Shown here piece by piece: positions 12,381-23,989 of a DNA stretch of 64,000 nt. A program made the translations under genes and the position numbers. The stretch's first letter is position 1, and each line of letters opens with the position of its first letter. This DNA is from Felis catus (taxonomy: Eukaryota): NCBI RefSeq assembly GCF_018350175.1, contig NC_058382.1:52330001-52394000 (forward strand). Reading direction: 5' to 3'. Under the pieces are notes generated by a model. The model worked only from the letters and a program-made list of their open reading frames with translations. It searched no databases and was not told where the DNA came from.

Positions 12381-13589
12381 CACAGTGACATTTATGCCCA
12401 CTGGTTTGGAGGCTCGTTGAACTTTTGTTTTATTTGCCTTTGCAGAGGGGCGGTGTTTGCCTCGTGTCAGATCCATATCCCACCACACTTCTGTGTTCAC
12501 AGAAACAGATTGGGTCTCGCCACCCCAGAAGGAAAATGGGAAAGAGAGGAATTGCGGGGCGCCGAGGAATTTTGCATTTGAGACTGGCCTCCTCCTCAGA
12601 ACGCAGGGGCGGATTACAGGTGCAGGGTGCGACCTGTGAGGTGCCCTTGCAGGTATGGGGGGGGGCCATCTGTGGGGAAGGCTAATTGAAGAAATTCCTT
12701 TACGATGCTTCATGAAGTGCCAGGCTGGCTTAAAGGGCAAGCCTTGGTAAACAAGGCATTCCACGGCAAATGTGTTCGTGGCCGGAGGCTCCTCTATGCT
12801 CTGCGGCATAATTGCTCTTTAAATTCATAAAAAGAAGAAGGTAACCAACATTGCGCAGACACGCTGAGCAGCTGTCCGTATTCATACATCTAGGTGACTG
12901 GTCATTTGTTTTGTTTCGAGCGGGGTAAGGCTGGGCAGGTTGCCTCGGAGCGAACCATGAGGAGAGCTTAGGAGGTGAAGGGCCCAGACGCATTCTACTC
13001 ATCCAGTACGTAGCAGGTTCTCAGCAAATCTTGTTTGATTCTGCGCTTGTGGAGTCTGGAGAACCTTGTCATCCGGTGCGCACCCTGACCCGGGAAACTA
13101 GGCCGGTTCTCACGCGTACTTAGAGCCCCAGGGATACCGTGGGAGGTTAGTTAAGGCTTCTGCTCCAGTGAAGAGTTTAGAGGAGTGTTTGGTAACGGGG
13201 CCCTGTTTGTAGACAACCATCAGGATGATACAAAAGAGCGAGTCTAACTTCCTGATTTCCCACCGCGGACCTTTGGGCCTCAGCCCGGTCACGTTCGGTC
13301 TGTAACGGTGGTGGGACTGCCCTGCCATCAAGGGAGTCCCCCTCCCACGGGACTGAAACCTCAGCTTTTCGGTCTGGAGATCAGCACCCGGGACCCACAC
13401 AGGCAGCTGCCTGTCGTGGAGTGTAGACGAAGCTGACTGATCCAGAGTGCACCAGCCTCAGTGAGAATCTGGTCAGGGCCTGGGAACGGCTGTCACTGAC
13501 CCGTCTCGGAGGGAGGTGGCCTAGGGAGTCCCCATACACTCCCTGATTTAGCTTCACTGGCATATCCAACACTAAATAGAATTGAAAGG

Positions 13590-13680
13590 CAAGGAGGAAA
13601 GAGGGAAGGGGGAAGGAGAGGGAAAGGAGGGCAGGGAGGGAAGGAAGGGGGCACGCTGGAAAGGGAGGGAGGAGAGCATA
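13590..13680. repeat. Purine-rich (GGAA/GGGA) low-complexity tract
   Basis: Direct reading. Confidence 0.8.
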
Positions 13681-14427
13681 GCCCATGTCCACGTGCCCCG
13701 TCTTACAGTCCACACAAAGCACCGCGACCAAGGGACTGCAGAGGGACAATAGTGCCAAGCGACTAGAATCTTGGCACAGACCTCCTCTGTGCCGATACCT
13801 CTTTAACCTTCATGGCAGTCCCTGTGACCTAGACGATAAAGGTTTAGACGCCATGTCAGAAGCAAAGGCATGATCTGAACCCAGATCTGTCTGCACTTCT
13901 ATCCGTAAGTAGGGAAGGGCTGCCCGTTTCAGTGTGCCCATACCCCGTTCTTCCTAGGGAGGCCTCCTTCCTCTACAGGGCTGGCAATGACTGTTCCCTC
14001 CCTTTCGTTTCTATATGGGTCCCCATTTAGTCCCCCTTATTGGACAAATGGACATTGCACCTTCCATTCTGGTTTGGGGACATGTTGTTGGGCTTTCCAT
14101 AAGGAAAACGAGGGAAAATAGAAAGAGAGTTATGAGAATTCCTGTTTCTAAAGTGGGTGAATAATCTGGGCTGGAAACATACTGATTTAGACCTACAAAC
14201 CACTCAGCCCACCCCGCCATTTCCCTAAGTGGCCCTTAGGGAAGATTTGTTGAAGAATTGTCTGTTTTATCCCATGACCCAAGCTCAGAGGTTGAGGCAA
14301 TATCCCTGAATAATGTGCCTTTTCACTAATAACCGGTGGACCCATAATCTCTTAATTTAGCATGCTTTCCAGGAATGTGTTAATATTTTCCACTTTACAC
14401 AGCCTGTTTTGGTAAAAGCTCCCCTTA

Positions 14428-14643
14428 TTTAAAAAAAAATTATTTTAACGTTTTATTTTATTTTTTGAGAGGGAGAGACAGAGTGTGAGCAGGGGGGGGG
14501 GGGCAGAGAGAGAAGGAGACACAGAATCCAAAACAGGCTCCAGACTCTGAGCAGAGCCCAACGCGGGGCTCAAACCCGTGAACATGAGATCATGACCTGA
14601 GCTGAAGTTGGACACTCAACCGACTGAGCCTCCCAGGTGCCCC
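14428..14643 (-). mobile_element. Can-SINE with TSD
   Basis: TSD AAGCTCCCCTTA at 14416-14427 and 14645-14656. Confidence 0.95.
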
Positions 14644-14786
14644 TAAGCTCCCCTTACAAATGCTCCTTGGTAAATAATACCCATCATCAGAGGGCACTAG
14701 TAGTAGAATTATTTTATGTTTTTTTTTCAAGTATTCTGTGTTTCAAGTATTCTGTGTTCCATTCATATGGGCTTTATTTATTCTTT

Positions 14787-15064
14787 AAATGAAAGAGGCT
14801 GACACGTTAGACACAAAAGGTCACTTATTCAATGATTCCATTTATATAAAATATCCCAAATAGGAAAATCCATAGAGACGCAAGACAGGTTGGTAGTGGT
14901 CAGGGAGTGACTGCTCACGGGTCAGAGTTTCCTTTTGGGGTGATGAAAGGTGTTCTGGAACTAGACAGAGGTGGGGGTTGCACAACATAGTGAAAGTACT
15001 AAATGCCGATGAATTGTGTGTTTTAAAATGGTTCATTTTATATATAAATTTCACCTGAATAAAG
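14787..15064 (+). mobile_element. L1 (L1MB-like) 3' end fragment
   Basis: agacacaaaaggtcac...atgattccatttatataaaat...atccatagagac...ttttggggtgatgaaa...gttctggaactaga...aataaa. Confidence 0.85.
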
Positions 15065-16318
15065 GACAGATAGGGTACTACATACAAAAGGCATCTGGGC
15101 ACATGAGGCATATTAAACTGTTCCCCGCCCCCCCATCTTTTCCACCTGTAGTAAACAATTCCATCACTAGAGCACAGGCTGGAAAGGCTTGGGCTGTGTG
15201 CAGTGTCCAGGCAAACAGATCTCAGAGAGGGAGCCCAGTCCCCTCTCTAGAGGTGCGTGTGGAGTTGCGCACGGAGCCTCAGAACCACAAACTTACCTTA
15301 CCGTTTCTTAAGCATGCTATTGATTAGTTATGTGTTTGCCTGTGTTATTAATAATGTATTCCTTAAAAAATCTATGTGCATTATAGTCTTTGATCTTGTC
15401 ATGAAATTTCAAAGCCGAAGATTCCATTTTCTTTTTTCTTTTTTTTTTAATTTTCAAAGGGTAGAATGGAAATAATTTTAAAACTTTTCAAACTTGCCTT
15501 TCTAGTGGAGAACTTCCTTCTGACCTCCATCCATGTTAATGAGGTTTGTATGTACGTGCACATGTGCGGTGTATATACGTGCGTATATACATGTACACAG
15601 ACACATGCAAACACGTGTAGGTACATACACACATACTTTGAGGAGAAAACAGTACACCATTTGCTTCAAGCTTACTGTATTCTAGAGGTGAGGAATATTT
15701 GAATACAAGACTGACGCATCTTGTAGATTAAAACAGAAATTAAAGACTTCAGACTAAGGCCCCATCAAAAGCTCTCTTTTCATTGTTCTTTTATTGTTTA
15801 TTGACTTCAAAAAGACTTTTTAGTTTAAACTGACTTTAATGTCTCTCGAATGCTCTTTTGTAAAGTGACTTTGAAAACTCGGGGATAATGTCTTCATTAA
15901 GTGGAGAAAAATCTTGGGGAAAACTATAACTGTAACTTGCCTTTCATTAGGGTAGAAAGAGATAAAGCTTTGCTTAATTAATGTCTGTTTTCCCTCTGTT
16001 CAGAATTCTAAGGGAAAAGGGGGCTAGAATTAGTGCTGATAAAAGCTTGAAACAGACATAGCACTGCAACTTTTTTCTTCCCTACTTAGAGTTCAGAAGA
16101 GCACACTTCATGTAACCCCATGAATGTTATTGGAATATTCCAGGTGCCCCATCTTGTGGATGTATAATGGCTCTAGACCCAGTGACGCCAGTCACCACGG
16201 CTCTTTCCACTTTTGCCTTCATATTCTTTTCTGTTTGTTTCCAACACTTGTTTAGGACTTGATTTGAGAGGAGATAGCTATTCGCATGTTTTCTTTTCTA
16301 TTAAAGAAGAAAAATCCA

Positions 16319-16546
16319 GGGGCGCCTGGGTGGCTCGGTCAGTTAAGCGTCCGACTTCAGCTCGGGTCATGATCTCACGGTCCGTGAGCTCGAGCCCCAC
16401 GTCGGGCTCTGTGCTGACAGCTCCGAGCCTGGAGCCTATTTCCGATTCTGTGTCTCCCTCTCTCTCTGACCCTCCCCTGTTCATGCTCTGTCTCTCTTTG
16501 TCTCAAAAATAAATAAAATGTTAAAAAAAAAAAAGAGAAGAGAAAA
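16319..16546 (+). mobile_element. Can-SINE (SINEC_Fc) with perfect 16-bp TSD
   Basis: Head ggggcgcctgggtggctcggtc, A tail; TSD AAAGAAGAAAAATCCA at 16303-16318 and 16547-16562. Confidence 0.97.
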
Positions 16547-17084
16547 AAAGAAGAAAAATCCATTCTCTCCCTGCTGCCTTCTAAGCCACCGTTCGGATTC
16601 GATCTCTTCACAAAGTCTTTCCTGATTGCCTCAGCCTCTGCGTACCGAACGATTCCTTTTTGCACCGGATCTTTACTTTTCTGTGGCTTTCTACCTGTTC
16701 CCTGTCTCACTTCTTCTCTCTGCGGAGCAGATTTGCCCCTTAAGGTTAGAAATGCTCTTCTGAGCTGCCTTTTTTTTTTTTTTTTTAATCTGTGGGGAGC
16801 AGAATGCTGGACTCTTGCGACGTCCAAGGCTCCACCTATGCTGGCTGATCCCACTGGTTGCCTTATTCTTTTTTCCTATATTAGTAGTGAAAGGGAGAAT
16901 TGCTCATAGGAGCACCATCCATCAGAGTTCAAAGTCAGTTTCAGGATCTATCTTTTTGTGTCCACGCATGCCAAGGAATGCAGTTCATAGAGCAGTCCTC
17001 TCCAGCTGCCTTCTCGGCTCCTGTTAGAAGGGATGCCACTCTTTCTGTGTAGACGTCAGCAATCCTAGGGCCTGACAGTCAGAG

Positions 17085-17300
17085 GAAACAGTATCTTAAA
17101 GTGGAAAAAGCACTTGGGCTTTTTGATGGGCTTGGGATGAAACAAGACCTAGGCACAAATCCTGTGTCTTCCACGTACTGGCTCACTGACCCAAGGCAGG
17201 TTGCTGAGGCGTCCGAGCCTCAGTGTTCACATCTACAAAGCGGGGATAGTAGTGCTTACCTTGAAGGGTTGTGGATGGATCAAATGAGGTAGTGTGAGGT
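17085..17300 (+). mobile_element. MIR (MIRb-like) SINE
   Basis: gacctaggcacaaatcctgtgtcttccac...gagcctcagtgttcacatctacaaagcggggatagtag...gggttgtggatggatcaaatgag. Confidence 0.8.
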
Positions 17301-18444
17301 GTACTTCTAATCCACATTGATCTTAGCAAAACCCCCCAGCCGCCTAATTCTGCCTCACAGCAGACCCACTCTGGCTTCTTCTAAGTCACTAACACTTGAA
17401 AAGACTTCCCTTTTTACCTGTCTCCCCCCCCCCCCAAAGTATATTTAAGAGGGCAGCTTTCAATATCATGATGTCTTATGCCTAATAATCCTGACGGCGT
17501 AGCTGTCTTGATTGTGTCTCTCGGTAGATGGACGGGTGGGTAGATTGATTTTGTTTTAACACCTGTGCCATCCCGCTGGCCTGACTCTTTTTCAAATGCT
17601 CAAATGCCACCGAGTTCTGGGTTTTTGGAGGCGGACGTAAATACTAAGAGTTTTAAGTGGCATGGAGTCGCTGCGGGTTTGTTATGTAAACCCTCAGGGA
17701 TATTTATACCCTCTACTGAGAAGGGTAATTGAGCTTCCAAACCACCCACCAAGATTTCTGCCTGTAAAATATTTAAGGACTGGTACTATAAAGCCATTTC
17801 CCTTATGCAATTTGTTTTCCATCTAGAAGCAGGAGAATAAGGGGAAATGGCTCAGAGTAACTTATAAAAGCCAAACTCTTAAGCCACTAAATGCATCTCC
17901 TCCACAATAGCACCTGGAGAAGGGCTGAAGGCAGACAAAAAGTAAGCAGAAGAGGGACCAGGGTTCAGAAATTGAGATGACAGAGCTCCACAATGCGGTG
18001 CGATGATGGCGTCATAAATCATCCCTTCGGTATCAAGCTAGACGTTCCCTGCAAGCAGATCACGGAGTGTGTAGAAGGGATTTTTGATAAAAGGGGCCAA
18101 GATAAAGGATGTGAGAGCCTGAACTTTAAAAAGCAGAGCAGGCTGCCAGGATACCTCTGAGTGGCTCACACACGGTGGGGAAGAGTCCGTGGCTGAGCTT
18201 ACACGTGGACCGTCGGCCCAGACCTGCAGGGTTGAGCTTTCTCGCCTTCCTTGCAGAAGGGTCTTGAGGTGTGCTTTCCCGGGGAGCCCATCCCCCTAGA
18301 GGAGGGTGCTGCAGGAGCCTGGTGAGGTGGTGCCGGGTGACAGATGCTCTAAAACAAGGCTATGTGCACAACCTGGGATTAGAACTGAAGAGATGGGAAG
18401 GGAACGCTCAGGGACCGTAACAGGTGTGTACATTTCAGATCGAT

Positions 18445-18960
18445 GTGTTATGAAAGGTAACACTAGCTGCCCACCTGTAGACAGTGGCTCAAACATAGGA
18501 AACTTTGTGGGGCGCTGTCTCTTCTGTCTCTCTGCCCCTCCCCTGCTTGCGCTCTGTCTCTATCTCTCTCAAAAATAAATACACATTTAAAAAAATAAAC
18601 ACACACACACACGGGGAAACTATATTGGTTTTACATAAGGTCCAAAGTGGCTGTTCTGGAATAATAATAATAGGTGGCTCTCCCCCCCCCCCCCACCCCG
18701 GTGACTCGGGGACCCAGGCTCTTTCCATCTTGTGGTTCTGTTATCCTCCACGTCTGGCTTCCAAGGCTGCACTGGTTGTGTGCATCACACTGGTGGAAGA
18801 GGCCCCATGTGGGCCATCACGTAGGAGGCATCTGAAGGACCAGGCCTGGGGGTGGCACCCGTCTGTGGAACGTAAGAGGCTAAGAAATATGGTCAAGCTG
18901 TGTGCTCAGGAAGAAGAGAAAACAGGTTGGGCAAACAGACAGCAAGTCTTTGCCCTGGTT
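18445..18960 (-). mobile_element. MaLR solo LTR (MLT1-like), interrupted by a SINE
   Basis: ctagctgc...cagtggctcaaaca...ggacccaggctcttttccatcttgtggttctg...gctgtgtgctcaggaagaagagaaaacaggttggg matches MLT1J/K-type motifs. Confidence 0.7.
18509..18612 (+). mobile_element. Internally deleted Can-SINE
   Basis: ggggcgc head joined directly to tctctctgcccctcccctgcttgcgctctgtctct...caaaaataaa tail. Confidence 0.85.
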
Positions 18961-20030
18961 GTTGTTTGAAGTCACTTTGGATCCTCAGTACTTGTTTTTT
19001 ACGCCCAAACTCTTCATGTGGTTGACTCTGGGGATAGCCAGACGTGAATGGAGCATGCTCCCTGCTGTCCACTGTCTTAGCCTCTTGGGGAGGCAAGACC
19101 CTGTTCTTACCGTCCACCGTGCCAAGTGCCAAGGTCTGTCTTCCACTAGAAAGGACGATACGTGCTCACTGCCACGGCCTCCCTAGCTACTGGCGGTGGC
19201 CGCGGGACACTTGTGGCCAACGAGTCCAAGCAGAAACTCACCCAAGCCTTCTTAGAGACCTTCCATTCTCGGATGGAAAGGCAGGGTGCTGCTGGTGTGT
19301 TCCGTCTCCCTTTCTTCCTTCGCGCAGTGCAGATTTGATGCTGACAGACATGGCCTTTTCGTTCTGTCGTAAAGCAACCGACAGGAGGGGAAAGTCGCGA
19401 GAATGGCAGAGAGAATGGCCGTCACCGTATAGGACCATGGCCTGGAGTCAGCAACTGCATAACCATCAGGCAAGTGTCTTCGTCCGAGGTCTCCTTTTCC
19501 CCTTCCTGTCAATGAACGACTATTGAACAGGGCGAGCGATATGAGTATGGGACACGGGTGTGAGAGAGATTCTGGATAATCCTCAGGGGTGAAAATTCTT
19601 TGGGAATTTAAGTCATCCATCACCCCATTTGTCTGCTTGAACATATGCCAAATAATCATTGCGTTTTGCTTCATTTGGGAAATACTCCAGTGCAATGCTT
19701 CTAGGAAGTGACCAGTTCTTACACAGGAAGACTTTCTTTGCTGTTTAGATTTTTCTCAGCGCTCATTTCTGGTGTGGTGATGTGGGGTATGATCTCAGAA
19801 CTTTGCATCTTGTGTGAAGTCCCCGAAGTGATATTTGAACTTCTTGGCTTTCTTACTGTTATTGTCCCCTTTCCTCTGTGACTTTGTACTGAGACACATT
19901 TATGTTATGAAAATTGCCTCAGGGTATTTAAAAATCTGTATTTGGGCCACATTGGTTAGAAGATGAAAATCCATAGGTGCTGGTGCCTGAACGTCATTTG
20001 ACCTGAATTAGACTATGGTGTCTGTCACTC

Positions 20031-20066
20031 ACTTTTTAAAAAAATGTTTATTTATTTTGAGTGAGT

Positions 20067-20122
<56 letters not shown>

Positions 20123-20277
20123 ATACAGGGGAGGAGCAGAAAGAGAGAGACTCTCAAGCAGGCTCCAAGCTGTCAGTGCGCAACCCGATGCAGGGCTCGA
20201 ACCCATGAACCGTGAGATCATGACCTGAGCCGAAATCAAAAGTCTGACCCTTAACTGACTGAACCACCTAAGCACCA
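20031..20277 (-). mobile_element. Can-SINE with expanded (GA)n
   Basis: TSD core TCTGTCACTC at 20021-20030 and 20281-20290. Confidence 0.95.
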
Positions 20278-21205
20278 GTTTCTGTCACTCTTAACAAAAA
20301 CAATATTATTAGTAAGAAGACTACCACCACACCACTACTCATGATTTTCCATGCCAAGGGATAGTGCAAACATCATCACTCAGTAGATGTCCGATGTATG
20401 AAAATGAACTTGAAGAGCTCTGTACTACATCCATTTGCAATGTTGGGTTTTTTTTTTCCCCTTTTCACCAAAACTCTTCCAGATAACAGTTGTCATCAGT
20501 TTTGGATTCTACACATACTTGAAATACTACAGGTATGCTTCTTTAGAAATGTAATGTAATGTAGATGCTCCGAATGATTTAGTAAAGCCATCCCTCTCAG
20601 TATTCCAATCGTTAAGAAGCCAGTCTTGGCACCTGTTTTTCTTAGGTGCCTGCACTTGCAGAGGTCAAGGGCTGATGAAAATTCAAAGTTAAAAGAAGAA
20701 AGAGTAGCACGGTAAAATCAGCTTCTGTATATATTTCAGATTCAAACCCCAACCATATAGAAGCCCCACTGCAAAGGATTGGCTGCCTATGACATTCGTA
20801 TAACCAGCTGCATGAACGATGGAGTTAGTCCGCAGGGCCAGGGGGCATGTGGTCGGCCTGATAGCTCATAAACCAAGGCCGTCGTGTCTGCAGTACTGAG
20901 CAGTCCTAGGCTATCATTTTCAGGAGGCTTTGTCCGTTTTTAACTAATGGAAAACTTTGGGGCCCTGATAATTGTTTCTTAAGGAAGAGGCTCGGAGTTT
21001 GGAGTGCGAATGTTTGTTAGTTGAAACTACGTTATCCGTGTGTTCTGTAAAGTGCACGCATGCGGCTCGGAACGTATGCCGTCACGTTTTGGTAGATTGA
21101 AGACAGTCACACTATTTTGTTATCAGATGAAGGGTCGGCTGAACACAGCGCACGTGAAGACGGATTACTGGTCTACCTCCTTCCTGGCTAGTCTGTGGTT
21201 TAGTG

Positions 21206-21538
21206 CAGGAAACAGCAGACTGGGGCCTTGGGCCAAACCTGCCCTACTGCCCGCGTAAGGCAGTGTAACCTGTAAGCTAAGAGTTCCTTTTACATTTTTA
21301 AATGGATGGAAAAATATTAAAAGAAAAATGATATTTTGTGATAGATGAAAACAGCATGGAGTTTGAATCTGATTGTCCGTAAATAAAGTTTTATTGGGAG
21401 ACAGGCTTGTTTATTCATTTAGGTCCTGTCCGTGGTTGCTACAGAGTTGTATCGGCAGCGTCGAGTGGTTGCAGCAGATCACGTGTGCTCCACGAAGCTG
21501 AAAATACTTACTTTCCAGACAAATTTGCCAGCACTTAG
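21206..21538. mobile_element. MER58B-like hAT-Charlie DNA transposon
   Basis: gggccaaacctgccc...aagctaagagttccttttacatttttaaatgg...gtccgtaaataaagttttattgg...aagctgaaaatacttact...tttgccagcac. Confidence 0.85.
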
Positions 21539-22467
21539 TTTAGGTGGTGTACTTACCTGTGAGCAGAAGCACTTAAGGAGAGATTTTTGCCCCTTCTCTC
21601 CCAGGGTCGTGAGGAAGGGTCAGACTGCATTCTTGCCCGCAGTGCTGGTCTGGATCTCAGGGTACGTTTTGGAATTCTTCCTCTTCAGCAGGCCCCCAGC
21701 CCGACTTTGCCTCCACCCCACTCTTTACTCCCAGATCTGTGCAAGTTAAACAGCAAGGTGTTTGCTCAGGGCCGTTGCAACCAACTAGCAGTTCTCTGCA
21801 GGCCAGAGTCACCTCTAAGATTATCGAGCCATCGTGTGGCACAGCCGACCAAGCCCTTGTAGCAGGCTGCCATTCCACTGTTCTGTAGTTGCAGAATAAT
21901 TTAGGGATGATGAGGGGAAAGTGGTCTCTCTTTATCTGTTAATTCCTTGGAGGAAGTTCTGTTCAGAATGAATAGTCTTGAAATGTGTAATAAAGTTACC
22001 TATCAAGACCACTTTTACAGAGAGATTTAAATGTGATAATAAGAATAAAAGAAAATGAAGTGACATTGAGGGCGTCTTCTTTTATAACGGCTCTTGGTCT
22101 TGACTGTTAAGCACACTGTAAAATGACTTTTATACATTTATGGATGGAAATGGTTCTGCTGAAATTTTAAGTGTTAACATTGTTCAAACTTCCATTACTA
22201 ACACCTCTCGCATTGCTACAAACGGTTTCCTATTTGACATTTTGATCATACTAACCTGGGACATTTTACACCGATGCTTTCATTTCATGGGATAGGAAGG
22301 ATCTGTCTATTTTGATTTCCGCTCCTTTCTACAGGAAGCCAATACATTACGTCTGCACATCTTACCCCAGTGCGACCTAGAAACTGATCGTCACAGCGGA
22401 TATTCTGGAGAGATGGAGAAAACTCAAATGTTTTATTTGTCAGACTGGCCTGGGTAGAAAAAAAAAA

Positions 22468-22671
22468 TATATGTATGTGTGTGTATATATACACACACAT
22501 ATATATACATATATGTATATATATGTACATATATATGTGTATGTATATACAAATATATGTGTATACACATATATGTGTGTATATATATGTGTGTATACAC
22601 ACATATACACACACATATATGTGTATACACACATATATATACACACACATATATATGTATACACATATATA
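22468..22671. repeat. Complex (TA/TG/CA)n microsatellite flanked by A and T runs
   Basis: About 200 bp of nearly uninterrupted purine-pyrimidine alternation. Confidence 0.95.
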
Positions 22672-22772
22672 TTTTTTTTTTCAACCTGGTCCCATCCTTT
22701 CCTGATTTTCTTGTTTGTTTTCCTTAAAGCTACTACTGTTCAGACTACAATTCATAACTGCACCTTATTTTT

Positions 22773-23104
22773 TTTTTATAACAGTCCTTACTGAGATATA
22801 AGTCACATACCAGGCAATCACTCATTTAAAGTGTACAACCTAATGGCTTGTAGTATATGCACCGAGGTGCACAGCCATGAACACGATCAATTTTAGGACA
22901 TTTTTATTACCCCCCCAAAAGAAAGCCTGCACGTCTGAGCTGTCACCTCCCAATATCCCGCTCCATCCGCCAGCCTTCGGTCACCACTCATCTACTTTCT
23001 GTCTCTATAGACTTGCCTGTCCTGGACGTTTCATGTAAACGGGGTCGTGCGACTCGCGGTTCTGGCTGACTGGCTTCTTTCGCTTAGCGTAATGTTTTCA
23101 AGGT
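22773..23104 (-). mobile_element. 5'-truncated L1 (L1MB-like 3' end) with perfect 16-bp TSD
   Basis: TSD ACTGCACCTTATTTTT at 22757-22772 and 23105-23120; ttaaagtgtacaa...ctactttctgtctctataga...gactggcttctttcgcttagcgtaatgttttcaagg. Confidence 0.9.
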
Positions 23105-23989
23105 ACTGCACCTTATTTTTCAGTCCTCTGCTTGTGATTTCTTTCTTTTAAACACAACATTAAAAAAGAGAGTACTTGCGTGCCCAGATGTATTGAACCC
23201 GCTGAAGCGTGCGGGATCTGTTGGGCTCCTTGTTGTAGCCACCACACCAAGCGGCAGTACCTCATCCCTGCTAGGCATTCTGCAAGTGCTTACCAAGTAC
23301 GTAAGTGCAGGGTTGATAAAGCTGATGCTTTCAATCTCCCTCGGCACCCCGGCGGGCATACCACAGGGAAAGGTGGGCTTGTAACAGGATATGTGTGGAC
23401 CTGCGCTCAGGAAACGCCCAGAAGCTCAGACGTGCGAGGCTGATGCCCTGTCTGCTAGGGAATCATGTCTTCCTCTTCTCCACTCCCGTACTGAGCGCAG
23501 GGACTCCCTCGTACTGTTTCGGGCTCTCCTTGGTCACCCTGCTTGGCTGTGTCAGCTTGTTGCCGGCACCTTTCCTGGGACGGGAGCTTTCGGTAGATGG
23601 AGAAAGGTGGTGGTGTGAATATTTGGCTTCTTTCCTCCCAGAGTTTCGCAGAGGAGAGTAAGGTGCCGTTTGGTTACAAACTCGTCCTTTCTAAAGTTTC
23701 GGCCTGTTTTTACAAGGCTGACTTTGGATGGGGATAACTCGAGTCCTGCTTTACATCTTGATGAAATGAAAATCCATTTCTCTATGAGGATCGTTTCGCA
23801 GTTTGCCAAGAACAGCCCAGGGAACCCTGTATAGTGTTACAGTTGTTACCAAATCCGGGCAAATCGTGACTGGTGGGGGGGGGGGTTGGGGGGGTGGATC
23901 GTGAACTCACTGGACAGAATTGGACCGTCAGCTTTCATTTTCATTTCAAGACCTGTCCCCCATTATCACAGAGGATGGAAAGTCTTCGT

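Noticed and set aside
13380..13400. REST/RE1-like TCAGCACCCGGGACCC
   Set aside because: The right half lacks the conserved GGACAG; only a partial match
14683..14700. CTCF-like ATCATCAGAGGGCACTAG
   Set aside because: Mismatches in the 5' part of the core; much weaker than the 50.03 kb site
16319..16400. tRNA-like A/B-box sequence
   Set aside because: It is the tRNA-derived head of a Can-SINE, not a tRNA gene
22285..22794. Cys/Tyr/Ile/His-rich ORFs in all six frames
   Set aside because: Translations of the TA/TG/CA microsatellite
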